Shown one piece after another: positions 18,712-28,762 of a stretch of 64,000 nt of DNA. Origin of the DNA: an uncultured Verrucomicrobiae bacterium (GTDB taxonomy: Bacteria; Verrucomicrobiota; Verrucomicrobiia; Chthoniobacterales; UBA10450). Under the pieces are notes generated by a model, which saw only the letters and a list, made by a program, of their open reading frames with translations, did no database searches and was not told the DNA's origin. Position numbers and translations under genes: made by a program. The stretch spans positions 1,024,001-1,088,000 of the forward strand of contig CAVWPA010000003.1 of assembly GCA_963756875.1 (NCBI GenBank). The letters are read 5' to 3'. Each line of letters begins with the position of its first letter. Positions within the stretch are counted from its first letter, which is position 1.

Positions 18712-19086
18712 AAAAAGAGAAAGAGCGGAAAGCCAAAGCCGTGTATTTATAGAACCTATAGATTTTATAACATCCAAGCGGGCAGTTTGTGAAGCTTTAT
18801 TTTTACATGGCGCAGAAATTATTTGCCCGCTTTTTTTTCGCTAAACTCAGCCCAAGGCGTCCACCCTGTGCGCCCCTGCCGTAGGAGATGCCTTTTCCCG
18901 AAACAGGTGCCTGTTTCGAGGAGTTGAAAAGTCATCTCATAAATAGAGATTGGCCGCGCAAGAACAATTTAGGGCAGATGGTCCGGCAGGACCTGGAAAA
19001 GAAGATCGCCCAAAAACAAAAGGAGCTTGAAGGGCGCTAGTCGCCTTTGGCCTTTCGACAATCCGCAAGGTAAGACGCCGCATTAC

Positions 19087-19442
19087 TGGAGGCGAGGGGA
19101 GTTGAACCCCTGTCCTCGTCGCTTTCCGCGCAAACATCTACACGCTTATCCGGTGAGAGGTTTTAAGGAGCCAAACGTTGCACCGGCACACTGCCGGCTC
19201 CCGAGCGTCCGCGAAATCGATTCACGGACCGGCGCGGTCGCTCCGCCAATCCGCCAGCCTGCTGTCCACGTTTGCCGCCGTAGCAGGCGTTCGACTGCAA
19301 ACGTCACGGTCAATTAAGCCGCGAGAGCGAGATCTTCGTGATCTGCGTTTATTTGTTTTGGTTCGGTTTTTTACGAGGCCAACGAACCATCCTCGGCATG
19401 CCGCCTGCGCTTCCAACCACAAGTCGAAGCCAGTGCGCCCCC
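19087..19442 (-). ncRNA. ssrA: tmRNA (one-piece), tag peptide (A)ADHEDLALAA
   Basis: 5' GGGGGCGCACTGGCTTCGAC; 3' GACAGGGGTTCAACTCCCCTCGCCTCCA; acceptor stem GGGGGCG/CGCCTCC with G3.U70; tag ORF at 19346-19314 ending LAA-TAA; 356 nt; CCA not encoded. Confidence 0.96.
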
Positions 19443-19552
19443 TTTGGGCTTCCAAAATACGGCAGCGGCGCGGGAAGAGCAAATTTCTCCCCTGTAAAAC
19501 GGAGCGCAAACGGCTAGTTTCCTGGTAATCGCTGCGGAACCCGCAAGTTATA

Positions 19553-20644
19553 ATGCAAACGTTCATCGACGATCTGCCGGGTGAAGGCAGGACGGCGTTT
19601 ATTGGAAAGTCATCTCCTGGTTCTCGATTTCTTCCTCGCTGGTCGATCTTTGCGGTGTCGCTGTCGCTGGTCGTTCTGATTGGCTACATCGATTTCGAGA
19701 CAGGGTATGAACGCTCTCTCTCGCTTTTTTATCTTTTACCGATCTCTCTGGCCACCTGGCTCGGCGGGCTCGTGTTTGGTTTGTTCATGGGGCTGCTCAG
19801 CGTGGTGATTTGGAGTTTGTCCGACATCGCCGCCGGGGTCCCGGGAGTGCGGATCTGGAACGGGGGTATGGCGCTCACCTCCTACGCAGCATTCACAATT
19901 GTTCTTTGGAGATTGCGCACGGTGCTGGATGAATTGGACCGGCGCGTACGCGAGCGCACGGCCGCGCTGCAACGGGAAATCGCGGAGCGCGAGCGCCTCG
20001 ATCAGGAAATCGCAGGAGTGGCGGACCGCGAGCGCCGCCGTCTCGGTCAAAATCTGCACGATAGCCTCGGCCAGCATCTTACCGGAACTGCTCTGGCGGC
20101 CCAGGTGCTGCGCGAGAAACTGGCGGCTCGATCGGCCCCGGAAGTTGCCGATGCGGACAAGATCGTTCGTTACATCGAGGATGGGATCGATGTCACGCGC
20201 AACCTGGCCCGCGGTTTTTTTTCGCCGGAGTTGGATGCCGATGGATTGAGTGTAGCGTTACAGGGCCTGGCTGAAAATATAACTGAACGATTTGGAGTCA
20301 TTTGTGTCTTTGATGGGGATGACGGTGTTCGGGTGCCCGATGCAACTACGGCGACGCAGCTTTATCATATTGCTCAGGAAGCCACGATGAACGCCGTCAA
20401 GCACGCCGAAGCGCGCAAGGTCGATATTCACCTCGGAGAGAATGGAGGTAAACTGGAGTTAAGCGTCGCCGATGACGGGGTGGGATTTCCTCAAAAGCTG
20501 CCACAACCACCGGGTTTGGGCCTGCGCCTCATGGCGCATGGCGCAGCGTTGATCGGGGCAAAATTTGCGGTTGATCGCAACCAAAATGGCGGAACCACTG
20601 TTACATGTAAGGTAACGCTTCCAACAGAGAAGCAATCGGACTGA
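19553..20644 (+). CDS. Membrane sensor histidine kinase (HisKA_3 + HATPase)
   Basis: Four N-terminal TM segments, ERRRLGQNLHDSLGQ, QEATMNAVKHA, DDGVGF, GLGLRLM. Confidence 0.92.
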   Translation: MQTFIDDLPGEGRTAFIGKSSPGSRFLPRWSIFAVSLSLVVLIGYIDFETGYERSLSLFYLLPISLATWLGGLVFGLFMGLLSVVIWSLSDIAAGVPGVRIWNGGMALTSYAAFTIVLWRLRTVLDELDRRVRERTAALQREIAERERLDQEIAGVADRERRRLGQNLHDSLGQHLTGTALAAQVLREKLAARSAPEVADADKIVRYIEDGIDVTRNLARGFFSPELDADGLSVALQGLAENITERFGVICVFDGDDGVRVPDATTATQLYHIAQEATMNAVKHAEARKVDIHLGENGGKLELSVADDGVGFPQKLPQPPGLGLRLMAHGAALIGAKFAVDRNQNGGTTVTCKVTLPTEKQSD

Positions 20645-20649
20645 TTTCT

Positions 20650-21330
20650 ATGAGCACAAAAACATCCAGCGAAAATGGCCGTAAGCACCGGGTATTTCTT
20701 GTCGATGATCATCCCCTGGTGCGAGAAGGGCTCGCTAACTTGATCAATCAGCAGGGGGATTTGACCGTGTGCGGCGAAGCGGAGGATTCGGCTGAAGCGG
20801 TTGCGGGCATCGCCAAGACGCAGCCGGCGGTCGCGCTCATTGACATATCGCTCAAGAACGAATCGGGCCTGGAGTTGCTCAAGAACCTGGAGGGCCGCTT
20901 CCCAAATGTCGCACTCATTGTTCTGTCGATGCACGATGAAGCGCTGTATGCGGAGCGTGCGCTGCGTGCCGGAGCGCGTGGTTACGTAATGAAGCGCGAG
21001 ACAACGAAGAGCGTTGTTACCGCCATTCACCGTGTCCTGGCAGGCGATGTTTATGTCAGCGAAAGGGTGGTTAGTGCGATGGCCCGCCGGATGGGATCGC
21101 GCAAAACGGCAGCCAGCTCCCCGGTGGAAAGATTAAGCGATCGCGAGCTGGAAATTTTCCGCCTGCTTGGCCAGGGACGTACCACCTCGCAGATCGCCGA
21201 TGATCTGCGTCTCAGCCTGAAGACCGTGCAAGCGTATTGCGCGCGCGCGAAAGAAAAATTCGGGGTGAGTTCGTTGACCGAGCTGCTTCGAGCGGCCATT
21301 CGCTGGGAGGACGCGATGCACGTGAAGTAG
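20650..21330 (+). CDS. NarL/LuxR-family response regulator
   Basis: LVDDHPLVREG, LIDISL, LSMH, GYVMK, LSDRELEIF...IADDLRLSLKTV. Confidence 0.94.
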   Translation: MSTKTSSENGRKHRVFLVDDHPLVREGLANLINQQGDLTVCGEAEDSAEAVAGIAKTQPAVALIDISLKNESGLELLKNLEGRFPNVALIVLSMHDEALYAERALRAGARGYVMKRETTKSVVTAIHRVLAGDVYVSERVVSAMARRMGSRKTAASSPVERLSDRELEIFRLLGQGRTTSQIADDLRLSLKTVQAYCARAKEKFGVSSLTELLRAAIRWEDAMHVK

Positions 21331-21412
21331 GGCGTCCGGGTAGCTGTAGTTTTTTCGACATTGGCGTCGGTTCGTCGGCTCGACAGAGTCTCGCCCCACC
21401 AGAGTTTTGCTC

Positions 21413-22252
21413 TTATTTTTCGTAGCCGAGCTGAGTCAGGACCGGGTAGCGGGAAGAAAGCGCGCGCGCGCTTTCTTCGGGAATGTCGCGCCAAGGCGAC
21501 AGGATCGCCGGCCTGATGCTGGCAGCCGCGCGGGCCAGCTGCGTTGCTGAGAAACGGAGCCCGCAGAAATCCGCGAGCTCCCTCAATTCCCCGGAGGGGT
21601 CTGCCTGGATTTCTTCGAAACGAATGCACCGATAATTCCGCGCACGAACAGCCAGGCGTTTTCCGGCTTCAATGTACAGGAGAACGAGCCGCAGGCAGTA
21701 GTCGAGATCGTCAAGTTCCGGTTTTGGCGGATCGCCGGCGGCGCGAAAAGCGAGTTCGCGTTGCCGAATACTCATGGCGGCTGCAAGCGGATGGCGAATG
21801 ATGTGGATGATGCGCGCCTCGGGAAAAAGTTCGAGCCACGATGGAGCGAAAAGAGTGGTGCGCGGCTCTTTCCAACCCCATGGGGCTCCGAGCGTCATTC
21901 GCGTCAGGAGCCAGAGCCCTCTCAGATTCTTTCGATAACCGAAAACGCGCGCAAAACGGTGGCGCAAGCCTTGTTTCAAATATTCGATGCAACGCTGCTC
22001 GGCCTCCGGCTTTCGCACGGAGTCGAGAAAGGGGATCGGATGGTACCAGGTTGCGTCGCAACGCCGGAGGTATTCATCGTGCAATGCTCGAACTCCTTTC
22101 GGCTCCCGGTGACTGTCGAGACGCTGGCCGATCTGAAGTCCAAGAAGCTCAAGGGCGTGGGCCGCCGCAGTCGTTCCCGATCGATGCGCTCCCACGATAA
22201 TGACGGGCGGGCGGCCGCGTCGTTGTTTCCCGGACGGTGTGAGCGTGCGCAT
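21413..22252 (-). CDS. PAPS-dependent sulfotransferase family protein
   Basis: 5'-PSB loop IVGAHRSGTT, WGWKEPR, 3'-PB IRHPLAAAMS, RFEEIQADP. Confidence 0.85.
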   Translation of the reverse strand: MRTLTPSGKQRRGRPPVIIVGAHRSGTTAAAHALELLGLQIGQRLDSHREPKGVRALHDEYLRRCDATWYHPIPFLDSVRKPEAEQRCIEYLKQGLRHRFARVFGYRKNLRGLWLLTRMTLGAPWGWKEPRTTLFAPSWLELFPEARIIHIIRHPLAAAMSIRQRELAFRAAGDPPKPELDDLDYCLRLVLLYIEAGKRLAVRARNYRCIRFEEIQADPSGELRELADFCGLRFSATQLARAAASIRPAILSPWRDIPEESARALSSRYPVLTQLGYEK

Positions 22253-22265
22253 CGGGCTTGCCGCT

Positions 22266-23261
22266 TCAGGTGGCCGTTACTTCGCGCAGAAGGTCGACGT
22301 ATTCGTGTGCAAAGCGCTCGAGAGAATACCTTCGTTCCACCAGTTCTCTGCCGCGTAGTCCGAAATCCCGTCGCAACTTCGCGTCTTCGGCCAAAGCGCT
22401 GATGCTCTTCACCCAGTCGTCTTCGGTCCGGGCGATGAATCCATTTTCACCGGATGCAATGATCTGACTGTTGACGCCAACGCCCGACGCGACGGCGGGG
22501 GTACCGACTCCCATGTATTGGAGAATTTTGTAGCCGCACTTGCCACGAGTCCAAACCGAGTCCCACAGCGGCATAATGCCGATGTCGAAGCTGGCCAGAT
22601 TGGACTGCTCGGTTTCAAGCCGCCACGGTTCGTTCTCTACGATCACTCCGTCGAGTTGAAGCGGCTTATCGGACACAACTTTCAGCTTCAGGATTGGAAA
22701 ACTTTGGCTGAGCCGTCGCAGCGCCGGTTGAATGTGGCGCAAATAAGGCAGACCATCGCTCAACCCCATCCAGCCAATCGTCAGCCCGGGGCCCTCCGCA
22801 TGTTGTTTCAGCCGGTAGCTGCTGAGATCGATGGGCGTCGGCAGGACCACGGTCCGTTTTCCACACGCCTCCGCGAACCTCGCCAGGAAATCGTTGCCCG
22901 CCACCGCGGCAGCGCAATGTTTCAATGTCCTGAGAAATTTTCGGAAATCTTCGTCGCGCAACGGGCGCCGGTATTTTTGTTCGCGAAACATGACTGCATC
23001 GTCGAAATCGAAAATAATTCTCGGGTTTGCGCGTTGAAGGAGGCGCAGCTCGAATTCAGCAAAACCGATTGTCTTGAAAAGGACGACGGCATCGTGGCGT
23101 CCGGCCTCTCGAATCACTCGAAGCCGTTCCTTCAGGCTGGAGCGTCGCGCCGATAGCACCGTCGCCTCGACGCCGAGCTGCGAGTAATGCGTGAGGCAAT
23201 CTCGCAGCCGCAACCGCGTGCTTGGCGCATTACCATGCTCTAGAACGCAGAGGATCTTCAT
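22266..23261 (-). CDS. Glycosyltransferase family 4
   Basis: FDFDDA, IGWMG, DIGIMPL, GKCGYKILQYMGVGTPAVAS, NGF. Confidence 0.9.
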   Translation of the reverse strand: MKILCVLEHGNAPSTRLRLRDCLTHYSQLGVEATVLSARRSSLKERLRVIREAGRHDAVVLFKTIGFAEFELRLLQRANPRIIFDFDDAVMFREQKYRRPLRDEDFRKFLRTLKHCAAAVAGNDFLARFAEACGKRTVVLPTPIDLSSYRLKQHAEGPGLTIGWMGLSDGLPYLRHIQPALRRLSQSFPILKLKVVSDKPLQLDGVIVENEPWRLETEQSNLASFDIGIMPLWDSVWTRGKCGYKILQYMGVGTPAVASGVGVNSQIIASGENGFIARTEDDWVKSISALAEDAKLRRDFGLRGRELVERRYSLERFAHEYVDLLREVTAT

Positions 23262-23332
23262 GGAATATCGGCAGGGTTGAATCGATTTCGAGCTATTGAC
23301 CCATTATTCGACAAAGCGCAATCGCGTGTTCC

Positions 23333-24106
23333 TTAGCGCCTTCCCGTTCCCCAGCGCCGATGGAGAAAACGTTCCCATGGCGAGAATAGAATTTTGTCCG
23401 CAAGCAGACCAATCAAAACGATGACCAGCATGATGCCGATCACCTGGTCCATCGCATTTAATTCCCGGCCATAATGGAGCAGATGTCCGAGACCGAATCC
23501 GGTCAGAATTGTCACAAAGATTTCCGCTGCCATTAACGAGCGCCAGGCAAATGCCCAGCCCTGCTTCATTCCGCTGACCAGGTACGGCAGCGATGCCGGC
23601 AGAACCACGCGCGTCCATCTGTGAAAGAGGTTTGAACCCATCGTGCGCGCCGCGCGGGCGTAGATGGGCGGGATCGTGCGCACGCCGGTATCGGTGGCGA
23701 TTATTACCGACCAGACGGTCCCCATGATTACGACGAACAACATGGCTCCCTCAGTTTGTCCGAACCAAAGCAGCGCCAGTGGCACCCAACAGACGCTTGG
23801 TAATGTTTGCAGGCCGAGAGCGAGCACACCGATTGTGTCTTCCACGAATTTCGACGACGCGGTCAAAAGTCCGAGCGGCAAGCCGACGGTCAGGCCAATA
23901 AAATATCCGAGAAGCAACCGGCGCAGCGTGACTGCCGTCGCTTGCAGCAGAGTGCCGTCGCGAATCGCGCCGATGAGATATTCGCCTACGCTGCGCGGGG
24001 AAGGCAGCAGGATCGGCGACCAGATTTTCGCGTGAACAATTGCCGCCCAAATCAGGGCTAATCCAACGAAGAACGAGACCGCCATGAGAGTTCTCCTCAT
24101 AAGCAT
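23333..24106 (-). CDS. Nitrate/sulfonate/taurine ABC transporter permease (SsuC-like)
   Basis: LLPSP, LQTLPSVCWVPLALLWFG, AARTMG, VLPASLP, AWRSLMAAE. Confidence 0.9.
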   Translation of the reverse strand: MLMRRTLMAVSFFVGLALIWAAIVHAKIWSPILLPSPRSVGEYLIGAIRDGTLLQATAVTLRRLLLGYFIGLTVGLPLGLLTASSKFVEDTIGVLALGLQTLPSVCWVPLALLWFGQTEGAMLFVVIMGTVWSVIIATDTGVRTIPPIYARAARTMGSNLFHRWTRVVLPASLPYLVSGMKQGWAFAWRSLMAAEIFVTILTGFGLGHLLHYGRELNAMDQVIGIMLVIVLIGLLADKILFSPWERFLHRRWGTGRR

Positions 24107-24197
24107 GTCATCTCGAGTGAAACGAGAGATCTCGCAGTCGGACGCTTCTTGTGTCTTAACTTCGCTGGCGTTTTCAATTCAGTCTGTGTGAGATCCG

Positions 24198-25031
24198 TCA
24201 TTTCGTTCCGGATGATGTTACGGGTTGAGCACTTGTCGCAGCAGGGCCGGCCTGGCCTCTCAGCACCGCCGTCAGTTTGGATGCGTGTTGCGCGATTTCG
24301 ATGCTGTTAAACTCCCGTGGGCGCGGGAGTTTGACGTCAAAAATCTCGCGGATGCGACCCGGCGTGGGCGACATGACGACGACGCGATCGGCCAGACACG
24401 CCGCTTCGCGCACATTGTGCGTGACGAACACAATGGTTTTACGACGCTCCTGCCAGATGCGCTGGATGTCGCGGTAAAGTTGTTCGCGCGTCATGGCATC
24501 GAGCGCGGCGAAAGGCTCGTCCATCAATAATACGCGCGGGTTTGGGGCCAGCGCGCGCGCCAGGGCGACTCGTTGTTTCATCCCTCCCGAGAGTTCGTGC
24601 ACGTTGGCTTCCATGAATTTTTCGAGACCCACCAGGTGGATGAAAAACTTCGCGACCTCCCGTCGTTCTCGATTCGTTAGGCCAGGCTTTAACTTCAGTC
24701 CAAACATCACATTGCCAAAAACGTTGAGCCACGGGAATAGCGCGGAGTCCTGAAACATGACCAGACGGTGTCGCCCGGGATGAAGCACCGGCTGATTATC
24801 GGCCAGCACGCGGCCTTTATCCGGTTTTTCAAGGCCCGCGATGATGTCCAGTAACGTTGATTTTCCGCAACCGCTCGGCCCGACCATGACAATGAATTCG
24901 CCTTCGGCCACTTCAAGCGAAACATCGTCCAGCGCGTGAACCAGTTGGCGCTTTTGGTGAAACCACTTGGAGACGTGGTCCACCACGAGTTTCGCGGGCG
25001 GCGCAGCGAGAAGTTCTTCCTGAAGCGACAT
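24198..25031 (-). CDS. Nitrate/sulfonate ABC transporter ATPase (SsuB-like)
   Basis: GPSGCGKST, LSGGMKQRV, LLMDEPFAALD, VTH. Confidence 0.93.
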   Translation of the reverse strand: MSLQEELLAAPPAKLVVDHVSKWFHQKRQLVHALDDVSLEVAEGEFIVMVGPSGCGKSTLLDIIAGLEKPDKGRVLADNQPVLHPGRHRLVMFQDSALFPWLNVFGNVMFGLKLKPGLTNRERREVAKFFIHLVGLEKFMEANVHELSGGMKQRVALARALAPNPRVLLMDEPFAALDAMTREQLYRDIQRIWQERRKTIVFVTHNVREAACLADRVVVMSPTPGRIREIFDVKLPRPREFNSIEIAQHASKLTAVLRGQAGPAATSAQPVTSSGTK

Positions 25032-25993
25032 TAAAGATTCTCGATTAGACGTCCAAGGTCCGGAACATCGCGCAGGAAACCGGCCGCTTTTGCATTGGCC
25101 ACAAACTTGTCGAGCGCATCACGCCGCACCTCGTTCGTCGGCACGATTCTTTTCCACGCATGCGCGATCAGCTCGGCCGAGATCTGCACTCTGGTCTCAT
25201 CCCGAAGTTCGGCGATCACCAGTTTCTGTGCTTCGGCCGGGTTCTTCTCAATCCAATCGGTGAGCGCGCGATGCGCTTCCACGAATTTTTTCACCAGATC
25301 GCCCTTGTCTTTTAAAAACTTCACCGACGAGACGAGGAGAGTCGTGGGCGAATCCGGTTCTTCGACCAAAACCTTTCCACCAGCCTCCATCTCCAGGCGC
25401 GAAACCCACGGCTCGACCGTCCAGACGGCAGCGACCCGTTTCTGTTGAAAGAGGGCCAGTTGGTCCGCGTTTGCTGCAGGCAAAACCTGCGCGTCGCCGC
25501 CCAGCTGCGTGATCTTCAAACCGCCGGCAGTCAGCCACGCGCGGCACGAGACGTCCTGCGTATTTCCCAATTGCGGAGTCGCAATTCTCTTTCCGCGAAA
25601 ATCGCTCGCCGTTTTCAAATTGCTGCCGGATCGGACCACCAGTCCATCACCGCCGTTGAGCGCGCCCGAAACGATCCGGATCTCTTCAGCCCGCGACTTT
25701 GCATAGGCATTGATGGCGGGGCTGGGTCCCATGTAGGCGAGGTCGATCGAATCCGCAAAGATCGCTTCCGTCGCGCCGGGGCCGGCGTTGTAAACGAACC
25801 ACTCAATTTTTGTGCCGGCGCCGATGCGCTCCTCGAACCACCCTTTACCCTGGCGCGACAGCGCATGCGCCACCAGCGCTTGAACGTGGGTCACGTTTGG
25901 AAAATGTCCGACCCGAATTCTTGTTTCCGAACGAACGGGAAATGCGCCCGCCGCAATAAACAAGATCGAAACTGCCAGCCTGAAGGTTCTCAT
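25031..25993 (-). CDS. Aliphatic sulfonate/nitrate ABC substrate-binding protein (SsuA-like)
   Basis: Signal peptide MRTFRLAVSILFIAAGA; GHFPNVTH, YMGPSPAIN, TPQLGNTQD, EPW. The upstream extension in the ORF track comes from a REP. Confidence 0.88.
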   Translation of the reverse strand: MRTFRLAVSILFIAAGAFPVRSETRIRVGHFPNVTHVQALVAHALSRQGKGWFEERIGAGTKIEWFVYNAGPGATEAIFADSIDLAYMGPSPAINAYAKSRAEEIRIVSGALNGGDGLVVRSGSNLKTASDFRGKRIATPQLGNTQDVSCRAWLTAGGLKITQLGGDAQVLPAANADQLALFQQKRVAAVWTVEPWVSRLEMEAGGKVLVEEPDSPTTLLVSSVKFLKDKGDLVKKFVEAHRALTDWIEKNPAEAQKLVIAELRDETRVQISAELIAHAWKRIVPTNEVRRDALDKFVANAKAAGFLRDVPDLGRLIENL

Positions 25994-26045
25994 TCGCCAA
26001 GGCCGATCTTCGCAGAATCTGCGCGCAACAATCAACTCGCGATCA

Positions 26046-26156
26046 GTGGCATCGGCATCTTGCCGATAGTCCGAGCTGGACGGGCATTTCATTGGCTGGC
26101 CTCCTTCGTCTGGCAGCCGCCAGACTCCGGAGTGCCGCGCCGGAAGCCAATGCCAC
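26046..26156. repeat. REP-like element (GTGGCATCGGCATCTTGCCGAT family)
   Basis: gtggcatcggc...gccaatgccac termini; identical 22-mer at ~37436; degenerate in-frame copy at 32961-33009. Confidence 0.75.
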
Positions 26157-26161
26157 GACCC

Positions 26162-27050
26162 TTACTTCAGCGGACGGGCCACGAGAATTCCGGCGTCGCT
26201 TCGGAAGCGATAAAGATACTTCGAAAGTCGTGCATCCACGACGACACGTTCGTACTCTCTCTGGGAGGAAGCGTGCATGAGATGCAGCACGCCGTCCCTC
26301 GTGCGCAACGCGAGGCCAACGTGCGCGGTCGAATAAAGGCCGCGGCGGTCGCGCGAGATAATGCCGATAATGTCGCCGCTTTGCAGTTTCGACTCAATCC
26401 TGGGAACGTGGCTCTTGGGGATTTCGTAAAGCGGGCGGGACGAGACACGCGCTTCCATTTCGGCAAGCGGTCTCGAGCAGGGAGCGATTCGCCGCCAGAT
26501 AACGGTAATGCCGCCATCCCACCGACATTTCGCGCGCCAGGTGCGGCACGCGCCGGCCGCCGAGCTTGCGGGTCAGATCTTCAACCAGGCCGCGCCGGTC
26601 GTTGTCGTTAAGCCAGTCCTCCAGATAATGCAAACGCGAGAGATACTCGCCCGTGCAGACACCGTTGCGATAGCGGTCGATCTCGACGTAGTGCAACAAA
26701 GTTTGGGGCGTCCAGTTGGATTCCGGTTCGTCCAGCATCCGTGCAAACCCCAGCGAGATTTCGAAAAACGTCCAGCAATCCATCCCGGCGAAATTCACCG
26801 ATGGCGCCTCGATCCGGTTATCGATCTCGAGCGTAAAATGTTTGTAGCGGGTGCCGAGGAGTGCTTGCCCCACGGTGGCCGTTCGTTCGCCGATCGGCAA
26901 TGATCTCCAGTTGTTCTTTTTGGCCAGCGAGACCAGCCGATTGAATTGGCGCTCTCCTTTAAAGACTCTTTTAAACGGCAGGCGCGATTCGCCCGCCACT
27001 GCCATCGAGCAAATCAAAACCAATGGAACAACGATTCTTAAACTGCGCAT
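26162..27050 (-). CDS. DUF1460 / NlpC-P60-like N-acetylmuramoyl-L-alanine amidase, split by one +1 frameshift near 26471
   Basis: Signal peptide; GMDCWTFFE, RYRNG, SRLHYLEDW in the 5' part; GDIIGI, HVGLA, HLMHASS, GILVARP in the 3' part. Removing one base from ctcgagaccg joins LLE to PLAEMEAR. Confidence 0.85.
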
Positions 27051-27145
27051 ACAGCGCAATGAAAGCCGAATTCGCGCTCAATCAACCGTAACTACTGTAG
27101 GCGCCGGCCTCATTTTGGCGGTCTCCGGGTCGCGTCTCGCAGAAT

Positions 27146-27206
27146 TGTAGGGCAAGCGCGTCGCTTGCCAGGGGCCAGGATCGGCAAGCGGAGCGCTTGC
27201 CCTGCA
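27146..27206. repeat. GTAG-type REP doublet (TGTAGGGCAAGC...GCTTGCCCTGCA)
   Basis: Inverted termini, each arm with an internal hairpin. Confidence 0.75.
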
Positions 27207-27238
27207 ACGGCCCGCTTCGAATGCCGGTTAGTTCCAAA

Positions 27239-28240
27239 CTAGCGCTTGAACACGTCGTCGCGGAAAGAGTACGCGCGCGATTTCAAAAATTCGCGCGGCC
27301 GTTCGCCCCGGATCGGCTTTGTAAAATGGCGCAGTGCGCGTCGGCTTAGTTTTGGTTCGTAGCCAAATTCAGGCATCAAGTCGCGACAGTGCCATTCCAC
27401 CCAGCCAATTTCGTCTTCGCTCAGTTCTCGCGCCCATCGCGTCACAGGCTCGGTGCTGATTTCCGAAAAACGAACGCCGGCCGCCGAATTTCCCGCCCAT
27501 AACCGGCCGACTTTGGTTGGATTGAGCACAACGGCCGGATCGAAAGCGATTTCGAGATAATCGCAAACTCTCTGCATCCACGGCGACGGCTCGGCGGCCA
27601 GTTTTTCGTAGGGCACGACCAAACCGGGAAATTCACCGGAGTCGATCCGTTTGACGAGTCTGGCGGCGTCCCGCCAGTGTGCGATGACATAGTAAACCGA
27701 AAACCGTCCCGTTCGTCTGCTTCCTTCCAATCGGATTTGGGCGGCCAAAAGTGCACGCGGGTCGCGCATGGTCACGAGAAGTTTGGCATGCGGGAAACGG
27801 GCGAAGATTTCTGGAACGTAATTGCGGTTCGCCGGCGTCTTTTCGACCCAGCGCTTCACCCGATCGAGCGGGATCCCGATCACTCTGGCGTAGGATTCCA
27901 TCATCAAGGCGAGCAAATCTCGCTGCGTATTTTCCGGATCGAAGGCGACCTTTTCGAATGTCCGTAGAAATTCCTTTTTTGGAAAATCGGCGTAATCCTG
28001 GTTTCGCTTCCCGCCGTAACCGAACAGAACTCTCGACCACGAATGCTGGGTCAGGTACTCGAACTGCGCGCGGCGACCTTTGAGGCCGTACTTTGTCAGC
28101 GCAGTCGCGAAATAAGCCGTGTCTCTTGGCAGGACGAGAAGCTCGGGATGATTGTCGAGCAGCGCGACCAGCAATGTCGTTCCGGATTTCGCTTGTCCGG
28201 CGATGAAGCAGGCACGCTGATCAAACGGCAAATCGTGCAT
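27239..28240 (-). CDS. PAPS-dependent sulfotransferase family protein
   Basis: FIAGQAKSGTTLL, LDNHP, WVEKTPAN, MRDPR, YEKLAAEP, FGY. Confidence 0.88.
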   Translation of the reverse strand: MHDLPFDQRACFIAGQAKSGTTLLVALLDNHPELLVLPRDTAYFATALTKYGLKGRRAQFEYLTQHSWSRVLFGYGGKRNQDYADFPKKEFLRTFEKVAFDPENTQRDLLALMMESYARVIGIPLDRVKRWVEKTPANRNYVPEIFARFPHAKLLVTMRDPRALLAAQIRLEGSRRTGRFSVYYVIAHWRDAARLVKRIDSGEFPGLVVPYEKLAAEPSPWMQRVCDYLEIAFDPAVVLNPTKVGRLWAGNSAAGVRFSEISTEPVTRWARELSEDEIGWVEWHCRDLMPEFGYEPKLSRRALRHFTKPIRGERPREFLKSRAYSFRDDVFKR

Positions 28241-28410
28241 GGGGATGCGAGTAATGGGGACGGCTTATCTTCGATACAAGAGGCAGGATTCCAAGTATGT
28301 AAACGAGGTGGAAGTGGCGTGCCACCGCTGTAGAGGCAGGCGTGTCACCTGCGAAGCAGTGGAAATTTGGGGATGCGGGTATTTTCGACCTGCCCGCCTT
28401 GCATTTAAGT

Positions 28411-28563
28411 GCCCTCACCTTGATCCTCTCGCAAACCCACTCCTTTACCCTCACTGGCGCGTCGTGTCCGTCTCTCCCGGTGGGAGAGAGGGAGAAGGAG
28501 GACCAGCCTTCGGTCGCCGCGGCGACCTACGGCTCGGCCGGCGCGAAGCGCCCAGGTGAGGGT
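28411..28563. repeat. ~150-bp composite palindromic element, inverted copy of 13268-13417
   Basis: Direct alignment to the reverse complement of 13268-13417, with long identical blocks (gccgagccgtaggtcgccgcggcgacc; ccagtgagggtaaaggagtgggtttg). Confidence 0.9.
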
Positions 28564-28762
28564 GATTCGTTGGAGCTTATATATGCCAGCCCGGCTCGGG
28601 CCGGGACGTTTCTCACTCTTAATCCGGGCCCTGGACAGACAACAGTAAGAGATTCCTTCCGCCACGGCGGGCAGGCTGTTCCTTCGCTCGGAATGACATA
28701 GCTTTTCAACAAAGCCAGATGACCTCTGGCCTTTATCGTGAAAACCGTCGATTGATTCTCTG

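Noticed and set aside
18100..19090. Prophage or island integrated at ssrA
   Set aside because: No integrase and no duplicated tmRNA 3' end seen in the window; flanking genes are housekeeping.
19087..19120. tRNA gene
   Set aside because: The T-arm and acceptor sequence is the 3' tRNA-like domain of tmRNA; there is no anticodon arm.
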